64,000 bases of DNA from Lingula anatina (Eukaryota; Animalia; Brachiopoda), in the NCBI GenBank assembly GCA_051362555.1, contig CM120643.1, positions 21,332,848 through 21,396,847 of the forward strand. The letters run 5' to 3'. How positions within the stretch are numbered: position 1 is the stretch's first letter; each line of letters begins with the position of its first letter. Positions 15,301-30,149 of this stretch are shown one piece after another. The position numbers and the translations under genes are program-made. The notes below the pieces were generated by a model that saw nothing but the letters and a program-made list of their open reading frames with translations, was not told the DNA's origin and searched no databases.

Positions 15301-16665
15301 TCAGTTATCACTGGGTTATATTGAAAGTAGGTTGTTCTAGTAATATAAAACATGTCAAGCAAGCTAAACAGTTTTGTATACTTTTGCTCCAAAACAGTTA
15401 TAAGAACTATGAAAAACAACAGTTAACTTGATTATGTTACAGAAAGACAGAAACAATCAAAGAGGTACTCACAGTAATAGGGACCACAGTGTCTATATCC
15501 CCCAGTGGCAGGTTGGCTCCCCTGGGGTCAAAACTGACCACAAAGTCCACTGTCTCATGGTCAGGGGCACCAGGCAGCTGCTTCACACGGTCAAGTTCTA
15601 CATTAAAACCAGTGCCATGACTCTGCTCATGGTCAACGGAGAAAGAGGCAGGGTACCATCCGCTGTTTGTTGCACGCACAATGTGTGTGCGCACTGTGCC
15701 CAATACGACGTAGCCAAAGTCCAGGAGATAGTCAGGGAGGCGGGGTCTTGAAGAGAAAATAGTTTGTGAAATTAAAAACAAAGTGTACTAACAAATGATT
15801 TCTGATAACCCAATAGCCAATTAAAAGCACATTTCTTTTTAATAGGATAGTATATTAACTATAGCGTTGCCTTTATAATAGTTTCAAAAGCATGTCCATG
15901 TATCAAAATGAATAACCTAAGGACATTCCAACTTCAATGCCTGCCAACTTTAACATAAAAAGTTCTTATTCTTTTTCACCTGCTAAACTCAACAGAGTCT
16001 TTCCACAGCATCAGCATGAGTCACAATGAACAGTAACATCATCATTTATAACAACAACACTAACAAGACATTCCTGATCTTTAACTACAATCCTAACAGA
16101 TAACAAACTCGTACCTGTTCTTCTTTCTCTTCCCCTTCTTGCTGTGCTCCTTGCTGTCATGTGTGGTGGGCACGTGGGATGTGTCATGTGTTTCAGACCT
16201 GTTGGACTGCTGCAGTTGGTCCATGGCGTATTCCTTCACCATCAGTCTCTCCACCTCCATCTGCAGCTCCAGCTCAGAGGGCATGCCTTCAGGCTGAAGG
16301 AACATCATCAGAATATTCAAATTAGTATAAGTTAACATAAAATACTGCACTTTTGATATGATTATAAAACTTTTTTTATTTCAAGGGTTTAAGTAAAAGG
16401 GATCAACATTTTAAGATTCTTGTAAGATAATTCCTAGAATTATTATATTAAATAGCAATATTTTAGCAAAATCGTCGATTACACATTAAGTTATTTACTT
16501 TTAAAACAAGTTGCAGAAATCCAGATTCTGATTCGGCCAACATCTTCATTTTCAAACTTTCATATGATTATCAATACACTCATCCAATAAACTACCATAT
16601 AAAGAAATTGAAAAATCTGACTCTGAAACTCAGGGTTAGTCACTCCTTCCCCTTTGCACCCTCTC

Positions 16666-16725
<60 letters not shown>

Positions 16726-19700
16726 TGCAGGAACACATGGTCATCCTCCCTGTGTGTCTCCCTCAGTGTGGAGGCCAGGCTGTTGAAGGGATCCTTCCCA
16801 CACTTCTTCTCCCCACTCAGCAACTCTCTGGCCTCCTTCAGTTGTGAGGAGTACCTCCCGTCATCGTCATCCACCCGTGGCAGGTCCAGGGAGATCCTGG
16901 GAAATACACCCTCTCCGTAGATGTTGATGGTGTCAGGTTCGAAGTGTGCCACTTGGATCTGGAAGCTGCGGTGGAATCTCTCTGGTACCCCAGGGAGGTA
17001 CTTGACTGTCAGGATTAACTCACTGAATGGCTCAATATAGCCCTGTGAAATAGACAATTTTAAGGGAATGTCAATAGTCTCACTCATGTTGGTTGGATTA
17101 AGACATAAAAGTATAATAATTATTGCAATCACTTTTTGTTTTGTTAACTATGAGTAACATTAGAAAAAGTGTCAGTGTGTTTGTAAATTTTCCAAATAGG
17201 CTGGCAAATCTTCAAAGGCAACGCCACAAAAAAAAAATGTTAGGACAATATCTAATGATAAAAATAGGGTTATGGATTCATATAATGTTGCCCACCTGAC
17301 TGTCTCACAATTCAATATTTGTCTTTTCCACTTCCCCTTATAGCAATCAGAAATAAAAAATTAAATAAGCTTAAAGTTCAAACAAACTTACAGTGTGTGG
17401 AATCATAACAGGCACTCCGGCTCTGGGCTTTTTCTCCAGGCTGGGATCCATGTTGATTGCAGTGAAGTTAAAGCCTACTTTTCCTGTGTTTATCAGGGTG
17501 ATCTGGGTCTCTGCTACTTGGTCATACATCTGGTGGAGAAGAATAACAAATACATCTTGAATAGTCCATGTCATAAATTTCTTTTCTGACAGTTTAACAA
17601 GCTTGATACAAAAGATATATATTCTAAAACAAAAAAAATAAGAAAAAAAAAACTACTATGACTTCTCAATAAGTTATACCTAGGGCACATAGGCAGAAAA
17701 GATTACTCATCTTTAATATATTAAACCTTGTTATTATAAGAACACACAGAACTCACTTACATACGCATGCACAAACACACGCACATGCGTGCACACACAC
17801 ACACACACTAACTGCTTCACCCACTGTACCTGCTTCCCATAGTCTATATCCTGGCAATCAAAGGCATACTGTACAAGAGAGGCCTCTCCCTTCAGTTCCA
17901 CCACATATGTGGGTCCTCCTTCCACCTCACAGATAGCTCTGGCCTTGCTGCCTATGTCTGCATGACCATAGAAGGTCAAGGTAATCTGCTCTGTGTCACC
18001 AGACTTAAGGGTGCCGTACAGGGGCAAGATGTCAAATATCTGGAAAATGATTAAAATTAAAGTTGTCATTTTTTTGTTATAAATTAAATCTATTCTAGGT
18101 ATTTGCCCCCTTATTGTTAAATTTAATATTTGCTGCACACTCTTTTTGTAAATACAGAACACCTTCTTTTTTTAATAATAATTTAATCAATAAATTTTGA
18201 GAAGCTGCTCAAACAGCAGAACCCATCTCTCTTGTTTTTGTTAAAATAATAATGAGATTAAACTTTTTTTTTTAATTCTTCAGGTTTTTTTTTCATTGAA
18301 AAATCAGGATTCCCTCACCTCCTCCACCCCCAGGTCTTCCTCCTCTGGCTCTCTGTCCATCAGCTCGGCCAGTTTGGCATTGACCAGTACAGGTGGCTTG
18401 GGTGTCCCAGTGTCCATCCTGCTCATTGCCCGGCTCTGCCGGCTCTGGACACTCACACCGCGGCCAAGGTCCAGTTTCTCTACAGCCTCCTGCATCTGAG
18501 GTGACCCTCCCTGCAAAGGAAAAGGTTTGTATCACATTTTTTACTTTCATTCTTTGATTTTTTTCATATAACCAACAAGGGAAAATGTGATATGGGTAAG
18601 GGTCAAGGAGCAAATGAAACACAATTATATAACTTTTCTTCCAAGCTTTGAGCCTTATCCTACATATAACAGGAAAATAATTAAAAAATACTTCAATAAC
18701 TCACTGTTGACTAAATAGGAGCTTGAACACTTTCTGAGACACTTGGTTTTCTACTAGTCATAGGCACAGTCATCATTAAAAGTTTTTGAATTAAGGGTGC
18801 TTTTCTGTCTGGGTTATTTTTCATTGTGAGACATAAAACCAACCTTTTCAGATACTTGTCTGTCAGTTTCTGCCTTCTCTGAGTCTGCTTTATGAACTGA
18901 TCCCTTCTCAGTATCCAAGTCTTTTTGGTCTTCATCTATGATCAACATCAGTTCCTTGTCTACTTCCTAAAATAAATAATTTAAAAGCTAAATTTTATTC
19001 TAATGCCCTTTAAAGATGATGATAAATTGATGGAAACACTTTATCTTTTTTTTCAGGAGAATTAATCCAGTATGCGTGAAATTCAATATAATTTAAAAAC
19101 TATGTATCAAAGACATATTATTAATGATGAGAGTGCGTATATAGTCAGACCCTTTTGGAAACAACACCTACTTTAAAAGAGCAAAAATTAACAATTTTCA
19201 TAAATGCTATTGCTTATCAGCATTACTTTCAAAATTTACAGAATTGATAATTAGTTTTCAAAATAATTTGAAAAAGGAAACAGGACCCATTTACTCTGAA
19301 TCTCTCTTACCTTCTCTTCTTGTCTTGACTCTTCCAATTCTTGAGCATACTGCTCTGAGTCCTGAATTTCCACTTCAACTTGCTGGCCTTGACCCTCTGG
19401 CTGACCTTCACCTTGGCTGGAGTGACCTTGACTCTGACCTTCCTCATAGTACTCTTCAAGCTCCTCCCCTATGACCTGGTGAGTGACAGTCTGACGCTTG
19501 TGGAAAACTGTGCAAGGCTCATCACCAATGAGGAAACACCACTTGTATTTGACCTCCATAGGGCTGTTGTTGGTGATGTTGACATACCGTGTGACCTCTG
19601 TGTCATTCAGGATACAACCAAAGTTTATTACACTCTTCTCAAATTCTAAGTTCGGAAAGTAGACTTCTCCTCTCAGGGCAATGTAGTCCTAGAGATGAAT

Positions 19701-22700
19701 GGATGGATGGATGGATAGGTTAAATGCATACAGATGTTTCAGTTATTCATGAACAAACCACCATCATTTTGCAACAAAAATAAAAAAAGCTAAATCAATA
19801 TAACTTTTTCAGCATTTTCTACAACAGAACCATACATGGAAAAGAAATGCATTTCTAGAACATTGTATAAATAATCAAACATTTTAATATGTAGAGCAAT
19901 TCCAGTATCTCTTCATTAAAGTCACAAAGTGCACATGAAAAGAAGTGAAAATGTACAAGTAACAGTAGCCCATTATAATGCACTAATGACTCTTATTTCG
20001 CAAATATGCTGTTCATCATATTTACCACATGTGGGTGTTCTTTGTAGGCCACTGTCAGCACTTCCTCTGCAGTGCGAATGTGGAAATCATCCTTGTAGGA
20101 GGGATCAAACTGGATTCTGATGGTCTGAGACTCCCCTATGGCAAGGCTCATCTCCTGCAAGGAAGAGATCTTTTTAACTGAACTGTGCCAGGGAGTAAGC
20201 AGGGTAAGTTCAGCTCTGAACAAACTTAAGTCTGGTTTACAGGACTCTCTACTTATTTGAAGAAACTGATATGGAAAGCATTGGAATTTAGTTATAAGGT
20301 CATTAATCACAGAAACAAAAGTGGAGGCCAACAATCTGATGAACGAGTAAAACCCTTCCCCTTGTCATGACCACAGCTGAATTTACTGTAACCTGATTTT
20401 GAACATTTAATGCACAATCTTGCAACTGTCTTAACTAATTTTCTAAAATTCTACTCAATGAAGAATAATTTTCCATTATTACACAGAGTCTGAGTTGTTA
20501 TGGTCGTAAAAAACACACCACTAAAAGTCAGTAATACTAAACCATGATATATTGAAACATATTACCTCACTTGATAATAATAACCTAATAATCAAATTAT
20601 AAACAGTTATTAACCCACCATCTCAGAGCAGATCTTCTTATCCTGTCCTTCTCTGATGATCAGCTGAAATGGATACTTGAGGCCCAGCATGATGGTCAGT
20701 GGAAGGCTGGACACATTGCTGAGGGTAAAGTCCTGGGTCTGGAGACTCAGTTCTTCCTCTGGATGCTGAAGAAAGATAATAATTGATATAACTTTACATT
20801 ATCTTGTCATGCAAGGAAATGCTATTCCTTTACTCCTCATCAAGATGCTAAAAAATGGGGGGCACTTTTTTCCCTTTTCAGACAATTAAAAATGTTTCAG
20901 CACAAAGACACCAAGAAGAACAAGACCACTACATTCATAAAAACATACATAACAAACTTATTGTTATAAACATGCATCCTTTTTCTTGACAGAACTATCT
21001 ACAATATTTCAAACAACTTTCAAAGCCAGAGTAGTTGAAAATAAACTAGAAGCCGGCGCTCACCTTGTCCACCCTGAAGAACACATTTCTGGAGGAGAAA
21101 TCCAGCAATGGGCTGATGAACTCTGCCCTAATGTCCACCCTCATGATCAGCTCCTTGCCACCACTACGGCCTATGATAGCATGACAGAGTAGTGTCTCAT
21201 GGACATTTTGAGGCCTGAAATGGCATTATCAATATGAAAACATAACAAAATATTTGTGAACATGAAGCCTGAAATGGCATAATCAGTGATACAACTTTTA
21301 ATTCAAATGCCAATAACATCTTGATCATTCTAAGACTTACTCCTAAGTTAGGCATTTGATTTTTTTTTTTTTTTTTTTTTTTTTGTATACTAACACTTGA
21401 TGTACTTAAAATTCAACACATTTCTATAAAATCTTATCAAACAAACTTATTGGAGTAGCCTAACTGAAAAAGAGAATCCCAAAAAGATATTCCCAAGTAA
21501 ACCTTTTCAAACAAGCTCCAATGACAAACTCATTCCTATTTCTGTTCTGTAATTATCTACGTACATGTCAACATATCCCTCCAGCACCACATCCTGGCTC
21601 TCTCCAGGGACCAGTTCAATCCTGGCTGGAGTCAGCTTGAAGATGGGCTGCCAGGGCTCAGGGGCTGGGGGCATGTTCTTGTATCTGACATCCTTGGTGT
21701 CTGGTTCAACCGTGTCTCTTTTGGCACGAAGGAGAGAGTAGCCCTCCGTGGTCCACACAAGCTGTTGGAGACGACGCCCTTTGTTGGTCAGTTTGAACAC
21801 CTTGCGGCAAGGGTTCTTACTGAAAGAACAAATAGAAAAAATCGTTTATCACAAGGGTGATTCCAATAAAACAACACATGAATTTTCAATGAAGTTTCAA
21901 AAGAGTATGTTTTTTTCTCATTACAGACAAAGAAAACTCTTTCCAGAGCTTTGGTGATTAATTTACCTGAAGTAAGGTCCCAGGTTGACCCCCTCAGCCA
22001 TGGGAGGGTCTGTGGCTATGGTGGTGCCGTAGCCATAGCCAGTAACTGGAATAGTTCTGGACTGTCCCTCTAGGAAATTGACCTGTAGTTTATCCTGGAA
22101 CCGGACACGGTCATCCAGGTTGGCTGTGACCGTGAGCTCTAGGACCTCTTCTGCAGGAATCTCACCCTCTCTTGGCTCCACGCACCAGTTGGAATTAGGA
22201 CGGACCTGTATAATGATGATGACAAATCAAAACTTATTTCATAAAATTTGAAGAGATACGAAATATTCTTTAATAATAATGAAAATGATGATAGACATTT
22301 TATGACTATGTTAAAAGACTAATGCAATGATAAAATAGAGATGGAAAGATCTTTCATTTTTTTAATGTGTGGAGCCAGCATACTACCAGAATGAATCAAA
22401 AGAACTTCTTTAAAGTGGATTATACTACCCTTACCATATGAGCAGTGAATTTGGCTGGAATAAGTGACTCATTGGACAGCTTTATTGTCTTGGAGACATC
22501 GGTCAGTACAGGCATTTGACCCCAGTCCAGTTGTAGTGGAGTCACATGGACGACAGGACCCTCTCCTATACATATCAACTGGACAGGCTGGTGGACAGAA
22601 AAGATTAAAAAACATATTTTACATATTTAAAACTGTTTTCAAAATGACAATTAAAAAATATCATTTTTAGTCAAAATCTAAATTTTGAATAAAAATGAAA

Positions 22701-25700
22701 ACTTAAAAAAGAAACAAGATTTAAAAAATTCTAAAACCTGAAAATGTGCCATATTTTATGACATCAAAATCTCCAAACTTCAAAATGAAGTCATAAAATA
22801 TGATAAGCACTTCAGTTGTATTCATGCTGTGGATTATTATATAATAATCAACATTATAACTTACCAATGGCACCTCTCCACTGCCAAATATGAGGAAGAG
22901 AGCCACACACTCCAGTTCCTCCAGTCCTTGGGGCTCTATAATCAGAGGGACATCCATAACAGAGTTGGGTGCAAGGATTCCCTGAGAACAGACAAAGAAT
23001 TAAATATATAAGCTAGTAACAATTACTAGACATCAAGCTGCGATGTAGAGTACACACATTTCCTTGACTCCATTTCAATGTAGTCTAAGTCCTAGCAGTG
23101 TAAGTTCAGAAATTGAATCCATAAAAATTTGCAAATAATCACAGCAAAAACACCAATATTTTTGCTCTGTTTAATAAAAAAAAATTACAAAACAACAGCA
23201 GCTATGCTTCGTAAATGTATTAAATAAGAAGAATGACCATATGTGTCAACAAGTCGAGTATTTTCTTCGCTTATCAACAGCCCAGCACCATGATCACTCA
23301 AAATGAGTCAGAATATAAAACATTCAACAAGTCAGTTTAAAATGAGCTAATGATCTTTCATGTGTTAGACGATACTGACCTTGGGCTGAGGGCTGTGGTA
23401 AAATATGGTGGTCATCTCATCCACCTGCTGCACCAACAGCTCATATTTGGCTGGCAGGTCTGTGTCATTGTGGAGCTTCACATAGCGCTCATACGGGTGG
23501 CGCAGGAAACAGCGACCATAGTCCAGGATTGGTGTTAACACTGTGATTGGTGGTACAACACACCTGGAATTGTACAGGGAATAGATAGTAATTGAAAATC
23601 TTTCAAAATATTGGTTTTAAATATTATAGTGATGGTGGTAAAATACATTTTAAAAAAGAAGAAATTTAAAAGAAACAAAAACCATCACAACAATAAGAAA
23701 AACATTTTTAAAAAATAAATAAAGTAGTCTGAGCATAAGTTTTGAAATTTTTATATTCTAAATTCAACAAGATGTGCTTCAAACCAAATTCTGTAAAAAG
23801 AAAAAAAAATACAACCAGACAGAATCAGAATCAGTGTTGGCAAATATATATTGTTGACAATTCTTTTGGCTCCAGGGCTGCCATAAAAAAAGTTCTCACA
23901 ATACCTACCTGGCTGTGATGGGCAGAGAGACCACCTCATCCCCGACCCCATCCACATCCACCACCAAGGCCATGTCGTATTTCTTCACAGTGTTTGAGGT
24001 GACATTCACCTGGATACGGACCTCACTCTGGGGCTGCAGGGTACCAGTGCTGGGGACCACCTCAAATTCCTGGAGAACATTTACATTGTTTTTCTTTTAA
24101 ATTCACTCTTTGCTGAATTTTTTATTCTTTTTTTTTTTTTTTCTTTTGACAAATTCTTTTGCTTGCCTTAAAAGTAAGTCTGTTCCAAAAATGTTAAAGC
24201 CAACTAGCTCAATGGGACACCAGGACTTAATAACTGACTGACCCAAACAGAAATAGTGGCCAGTAATTGAACAAAGCTGAGTATTTAGAAGATCACAGAT
24301 CAAATTAAATTTTAGTAGAAATATTTTGAATGCACTGCAAGTACAACTGGGTCTCTCTCCCTCTCTCTTGCTCTCTCTTCTTGCTCATCGAAAGTCAATT
24401 TCAAAAACATTACAAGCAATTTCTATTACCATTATTAACCACTATAAGAAAACACTGTATATTTTTACCTTAGGTGGCAGCATGGAGCCCGCCTCACTAT
24501 AGTTACTGTCATAGTCACTGAGACTGGAGATGCTGTCACTTATCCCATCACCAGGAACACGCAGGTTAAAGGTCATGGGCACCAGAGCAGTGTTCACCAG
24601 GGTGCAGTGACGCGTATTCACAAAGCCGTAGGAGATTGTTCCAAACTCCAGTTTTGGCACATCAAAGTGGAAGGTTGGGCCAATCACTGAGCCACTGTAA
24701 TGGAAATTGTGATCATGGGTTATAATAACATACATGATGCAAATCAGGAATATCAGAATCAGACAAAAAAAAAAAAAAAACAGTTACTTCTATTAGTACT
24801 TCTTAAATTTTAAATTTATAAAAAACGTCATGAATTTACAAATGTGACAAGTTTTTCCATGTCTATTTAATGAAGACAAAAGCACAACATACCTAAAAGT
24901 AAGTTTCAGCTTCTCAGGTTGCCCATCCACTTGAAAATAGAAGTCTTCCTGAAAGTCCCCTAGGATTGGACTGTTGAATGTGATCTGGATTGCCTGGTGC
25001 CCTCCTGGCATTACAATGCTCTCTGACGGGTTGAAGGTAAACCTGGGCCCAAATATGCTGTTATTGGGGAGTAAGGTGAAAATGGCATCTATGTCCCCTT
25101 TATTAGCCAAGACAACCTCATAACTGTGTGTCGAGTTCACAAATATGTTCCCCATGTCTAGGACATCGAAGGAGAACTGAACTTTTGGGCCCATGCCGAC
25201 CCCCTGGATGCGCAGTGGCAGACGCGACTCGCGCCCCGTGACGTCGCAGAAGGCTGTCCTTGTGTAGTTTTTGGCTTGGTCGGGTTTGAAGATCATGGTG
25301 ACCTCTGCGGAGGAGTTGGGCCAGATGTCCCCTTCCACTGGCTCTATCCTCACCACGTTATCACTGAACAGCATCTTGTCATTGCCGATCAACTGGGAAA
25401 AAGGATAAATCTTTATACATGGGTGTTCAACTATAAACTGTTCTGATATATTTTTGTGATGAAAGTATTTGAAAATATAGTTAAATATTCAAATTTTCGT
25501 GCCATATATGAATTCATAACATGATTAGTATTGTGATATGAATAATTCAAATTTAATCTAAATATCCAATTTAACAAAAAGTATAAGTAAAAAAATCTTT
25601 ACCAAAGGCTCAGGATGATATACTTCAAAAAACTAAAAGCACTGAAATTTCTTTACCCAATTCAATTTATTATCAAATAATTGAAAAATCTAATTACATA

Positions 25701-26716
25701 GCAAAATTCATAAATATTTCCTTGATCCCAGAAATTAACAGAAAACACCAAATTTAGGGGGAATGTATATATACACAGGTATTTTAACAATAAAATTAGG
25801 CAATTGGCCTTGTGCATGTACTGTACTGAACATACATATATTTACTTACTTTCTTTCTGTTCTGGAATGTCCTACTAAGTACAGACATTTTGTCTCTGAG
25901 TGTTGGATCACTGATGCATTCCTCCAGAAACCTGTCAGTCTCAGACATCTCCTCTTTCTCCAGGTCCTGGCAATACCTGACAAGAACAACAAGTCAGCAA
26001 GGTATAAAAACTGAACTAGCTCTGGTTTCAGTCAAATATCATGTGTGGTATATTTTATTTTATTTTTTGTCATATATTCATTAATCTTTTTTTTCTAATT
26101 CACTTTTTTTATCTGGTTTCTGGTTTGAGCAGTATAACAAAATTATTACTATAACCTTATTTGAAGTCATTTATATCTTAACTTGGAAATTCCACTTGTT
26201 TTATTCATTTTTTTCATACTGTTACTGCATCTATATGTATTTTAATTTTTCATTAGTCTCACACATATCAAGATTGCGATTCAAATTTAGCAAACTGGCC
26301 ATAGAGTTATATTTGGACTCTATCACCAAGTTTGACCCATTTCTTCCTTTATAACTGATTTAAACCTACCTTTCCACACAACAACATAACAAAAAAATGT
26401 TTACCTTGAATTTTATATCACACATTTTACAGACCCTCTGCTCCTACCTCATTTTCTGCATGTCCTCTTCCTGCTGTGTAGCAAACTGTGTCCAGTGGAA
26501 GTGCGCGATCACATCGCTGCGGTTGATGATGGTGATGGTCCTCTGGTTGGCCATGGAGATGTATGTGTTTTCTATACGAATGGAGTTCTTGTCCAAACGC
26601 ACATTGGCATCTTGTGCTGCACCGTAACAACTGATATATATGTCTTCTCCTGAATGAAGGGAATAAAAATTAATAAAATATCTACCAAATCTATCAGACC
26701 TACTGCACAAGTTGAG

Positions 26717-26805
<89 letters not shown>

Positions 26806-29628
26806 TTCAAAGGAAATACAAATCAAAGAGATTCAAAGTCACTCTTTAGATATCATGTTTAACTTATTTATTTCACATTATGAATGCAATCTATATTGAA
26901 TTTCACATTTTAAGCAAATGGGTAATACAAATGTATGATTAAAAACAATGCCATGCTGTATATGCACCTTCAGAATAAAGACAAATTAAAATAAAGACAG
27001 AGATATGATGATGTTCTGGCAAACTGTAAAACAACAAGTGAGTTTACCTGTGTCCAGGTGCAATATGAGGTCCTTACAGTGGTCACCCACAGTCATTGGC
27101 TTGAATTCTATGGTCACTTGCATGCTTTCATTTACAGGAAGAACTCCATTGAGAGGGCTCACTTTAAAAGGCCTGAAAGAGAACCATTAAAGTACTTTTA
27201 AAATGTTACCCATTGCTTATAGCTATTCTTTAAACTGTGTGCTCCAATAAGAACGCCTGTTCTGTATGTTTTATAAATGAACAATTATTTATTCCCTCTT
27301 CCCTTCTACTTTATTATACATAATTAAATATTGCAACTGGTGTCTTCCAGATTGATTTCAAAACAACTGAAAATCTAATATGTTTACATTTATGTAAAAG
27401 CAGCTTGTCTATAACTCTTTAACTGTCAATAAAAAAAAGTCTATATCAACAGATAACAGCATCACTCACTCTTCTGTTTTTAAGTCAAACTTTGCATCCA
27501 TATTTCCAATGTTCCTCACTAAAAGTGTCTTAGTGGACGGATACTTCACTGGACTGACAGGAAAATTGACTTCATCTGGAAAATCCAGGAGAGCTCTGGC
27601 CCCTATACATTTCACAGGGACGATGAATTTTTCTCTTTCTGTGACACACACCAGTTCATGGTTGTAGTCCTGGAGTAATAAAGTCACGATTACATAGAAT
27701 CATATAACTGGAAAACAGGACGACTGCTCTGTTACTGGGTTCAAAGTATGTTAACTTTTAAAATCCAGATGTTCAATTTACAACTGATAAACAGCTACTA
27801 TACAGAGTTACACACTGAGAACTTTCTGATATCTAAGCAAACTGCTTGAAAAAGATACTTCATATTTTTCCTTAAAAATTAAAATATCCAACATAACTCT
27901 TTTTTGGTTATTGTTAACATTTTTCAAAAATAAAAGTGTGCATTCAGAATCATCTCTCTAAACAAGTTTTTCATTAGCACACATATCTATTGTGCATTGT
28001 ATAAATTTTACAACTTAATGAGCTGATTACAAAATTAAAAATAATAGAAAAGATCAATCACTTCTAATGAGACTAAATATATTTTTCTACCCACGGGCCA
28101 CAAGGTATTTTTATCACCATTTCCCTATTTCACTGGAAAACAAAAATGACTCAGTTCATTGTCTCACCTTAATCTGATCAGGTGTGAAGAGAATCCTGAA
28201 TGTCCTGGGCAGGCCAGGGCCCACTTTGTGGCCAACATCATTTGGGCTGATGATCTTGAAGTATGGGGAGTCTGCCTGGGTCACCTTGACCAGTCTGGGA
28301 ACCTGCACAAACATATAACATTGTGAACATTATTAGGGTACCTGTTGTATTTTCACAATTAAAAATAAAACTGTAAACAGACATTTCTTTAATTGTTTTC
28401 ATGTGAATTAAATCTCTCAATAAATGCAATGAATGACATACAAGTACCTAGTAGTTACGGAACATCAGTCACTTTTTTTTTAATTTACAAGATATGCCCT
28501 CACCAATAGTTTGCTTTAATATTCGAAATAATGTGTAAATGAAATACGATGTAGATGTCATGAACAGACTCTGTTTAACATCTGTCTTAAACTTACCTTG
28601 TCATTGTTTCTGAGGACTAAAGGGATTTCATAGGTCTCAAAAGGTTTGTAATTTTGAAAGAAGACTTCTGAAGGAAATGGCTGAAACATGCACTCATCTA
28701 TGGAGACATGTGAAACCTGAAGTGTGAAAATACAAAAAAGAAGAAATAAGAAAAAACTGTATAGAATTCAATACTTCAGAGATCATTTACTAGGTAGACA
28801 AAACCACTGTTCTGTTAATAGTGAAATATATGTGAAGATCAACATTTCTCATACTTAATCTTAGTAACAAATATCTATATCTTTAAAACATTTAGTTTTC
28901 AAGTATATAAATAATTTCATTGCGCCAATTTCACCATTGCACCATGATTAGAGTTTAATTAGATCTTGATTTTAACTTTTAAAAAATGTGAATAGGACTT
29001 GCACAAAGGGACATAAATTATTGATTAGCTTACCAGTTGGTATGTTGTCTCTCCCATATCCAAAAGTTCCACTTTCTTAGGGATTCTCATGTCATGAGTG
29101 TTAGCTAATTTTTTCTCTGTGTCCAGAGACATTTGAAACATGTAGATTGAAGGTGTCATCTGAAATTTCAGACACAAAGTTCCATGAGCAGTTTTGTTGA
29201 ATTTATATGATTGAATTGTGATAGAAAATTAGTTCTGCCTAAACGTTTGAAATTTATGGTATACCCTTATACAGTAGCTTAACAAACAGACATTAACTTG
29301 ATCATAATGAAATATCTGATAATCTGAAGTCATATGCCAAGATGATTCAACAGTTTAAGCTAAAAGCTGACAACAAAATCCATATCACCCATTTGATATT
29401 ATATTAAAATGTTTTTCAAGAGGATACTAACACCTTCAGAAGACCTTGGCTATGGCATTTAAAAAATTCACACTCAAGTCAAATTACCTTGAATCCAGGT
29501 TCATCAGGTTTAACAACTTTAGGATTTCTTGGAACCACAACATTGCTTTTGTAGTTCTTAGCACCTTCTGCAACACCTTCTAGGGTACCTGTTGTACCCA
29601 CAATTTCTCCAAATGGCCCAATAGGCAT
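199..29628 (-). CDS. HYDIN: Hydrocephalus-inducing protein homolog (axonemal central-pair protein), multi-exon, 3' end beyond the left edge of the window
   Basis: Spliced exons give HYDIN-like peptides (MFQPFPSEVFFQNYKPFETYEIPLVLRNNDK-VPRLVKVTQ; FCDVTGRESRLPLRIQGVGMGP; IFDILPLYGTLKSGDTEQITLTFYGH; LPDYLLDFGYVVLG; IVHGAPMAGKTSSAVALAKHY). GT-AG exons by eye: 29488-29628 (ATG 29628), 29034-29159, 28597-28716, 28168-28302, 27470-27669, 27048-27172, 26448-26649, 25850-25976, 24893-25392, 24469-24694, 23909-24069, 23380-23563, 22865-22981, 22435-22587, 21967-22205, 21565-21819, 21064-21214, 20619-20765, 20026-20154, 19311-19688, 18844-18966, 18319-18510, 17830-18039, 17392-17529, 16725-17042, 16115-16293, 15473-15746, 14980-15174, 14512-14655, 13985-14224, 13521-13623, 12990-13116, 12551-12748, 12096-12260, 11483-11734, 11061-11188, 8390-8530, 7866-8049, 7379-7520, 7046-7126, 6513-6728, 2768-2887, 2062-2240, 1874-1950, 1583-1741, 928-1079, 199-465. 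Some ends may be off by a few nt. Confidence 0.95.
1260..1580. repeat. C-rich low-complexity intronic tract (G-runs on the HYDIN sense strand)
   Basis: Many CCC/CCCC runs with short spacers. Confidence 0.6.
3487..3701. mobile_element. MITE / non-autonomous DNA transposon, family A copy 1
   Basis: Terminal inverted repeats GACTGCATTCCCACAGATTT...AAATCTGTGGGAATGCAGTC; homologous copies at ~40463 and ~55827-56301. Confidence 0.85.
5618..5636 (+). promoter_or_regulatory. CTCF-type motif
   Basis: TTGTCACCAGAGGGAGCTA versus consensus TGGCCACCAGGGGGCGCTA. Confidence 0.45.
5643..5663 (-). CDS. HYDIN: Candidate 21-nt HYDIN microexon (..N-LNPPSG-R..)
   Basis: cccttcttgtgtctgtag|CCTCAACCCTCCATCTGGCAG|gtagag; phase 2-2 matches exons 6513-6728 and 2768-2887. 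Confidence 0.5.
6295..6360. repeat. (AAAT)n microsatellite
   Basis: Perfect tetranucleotide run. Confidence 0.95.
8180..8206. repeat. Poly-G tract
   Basis: Homopolymer run of about 27 G. Confidence 0.9.
8790..8798 (-). CDS. HYDIN: Candidate 9-nt HYDIN microexon (CIQ)
   Basis: ctttttccactgttgtttgcag|TGTATTCAG|gtgaat; phase 0-0, in frame. Confidence 0.4.
9574..9592 (+). promoter_or_regulatory. CTCF-type motif
   Basis: CTGCCACTAGAGGGCACCT, a close match to the CTCF core CCACYAGRKGGCR. Confidence 0.55.
9591..9659 (-). CDS. HYDIN: Candidate 69-nt HYDIN cassette exon (SDNAKIQRGRGAAAAAQEEDASQ)
   Basis: GC-rich open island in an AT-rich intron; acceptor ttctttcttgaag|, weak donor CAG|gtgccc; phase 0-0 matches the flanking exons. 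Confidence 0.55.
16669..16722. repeat. (CT)n microsatellite abutting a HYDIN 5' splice site
   Basis: Minus strand reads CAG|GTGAGAGAGAG... Confidence 0.95.
26718..26803. repeat. (TA)n microsatellite
   Basis: Perfect dinucleotide run. Confidence 0.95.
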
Positions 29629-30149
29629 TTTGATTTCTTTGGCTTACTTATTTCTAAAAATAAAAAAACAAAAACAAATCAAATTCTTGGGTATTTTTTT
29701 ACTTTAATAAAGAAACTTTATAATTTCAATTTATGTTGTGTATTTCTTATGCAAAGTGCATGTCATTTTACATATAGGAAATTTTGTAATTTTCACTTAA
29801 ATGAACATAATATATCAGTATATTTTACTTATTCTATCAAATTAAAGTATACTTTTAATCAAAATTATTTCACTCAAGTCTAATAACGTGAGCATACGTT
29901 TGTTAACTACATTAATTGACACCTCTAAAAACTTTAAACCAGGAATTTTACAATAGCCGAAGGTAACACCATTAAAAAAAATAAATAGAAACTACGAAAA
30001 ATTCAATGGCAAGCCTAAAGTGAAAAATTGGATTTTTGCAAGTGCGCGTTTAGAACAAATAGCTGCTTTTACAGTTAAGCAAAAGGTTTACGTTCAACGC
30101 ATCGTCATCAGAGCTTCTATATCCATATACTGCATTAAACGCAATGTAT

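Noticed and set aside
21215-21285. Duplicated HYDIN acceptor 54 nt upstream (GCCTGAAATGGCAT twice)
   Set aside because: Using it would add an in-frame TGA; probably a neutral local duplication
100-29000. Plus-strand ORFs across HYDIN (e.g. 100-492, 976-1425, 14873-15235)
   Set aside because: Antisense shadows of HYDIN exons or low-complexity intron; no recognisable product
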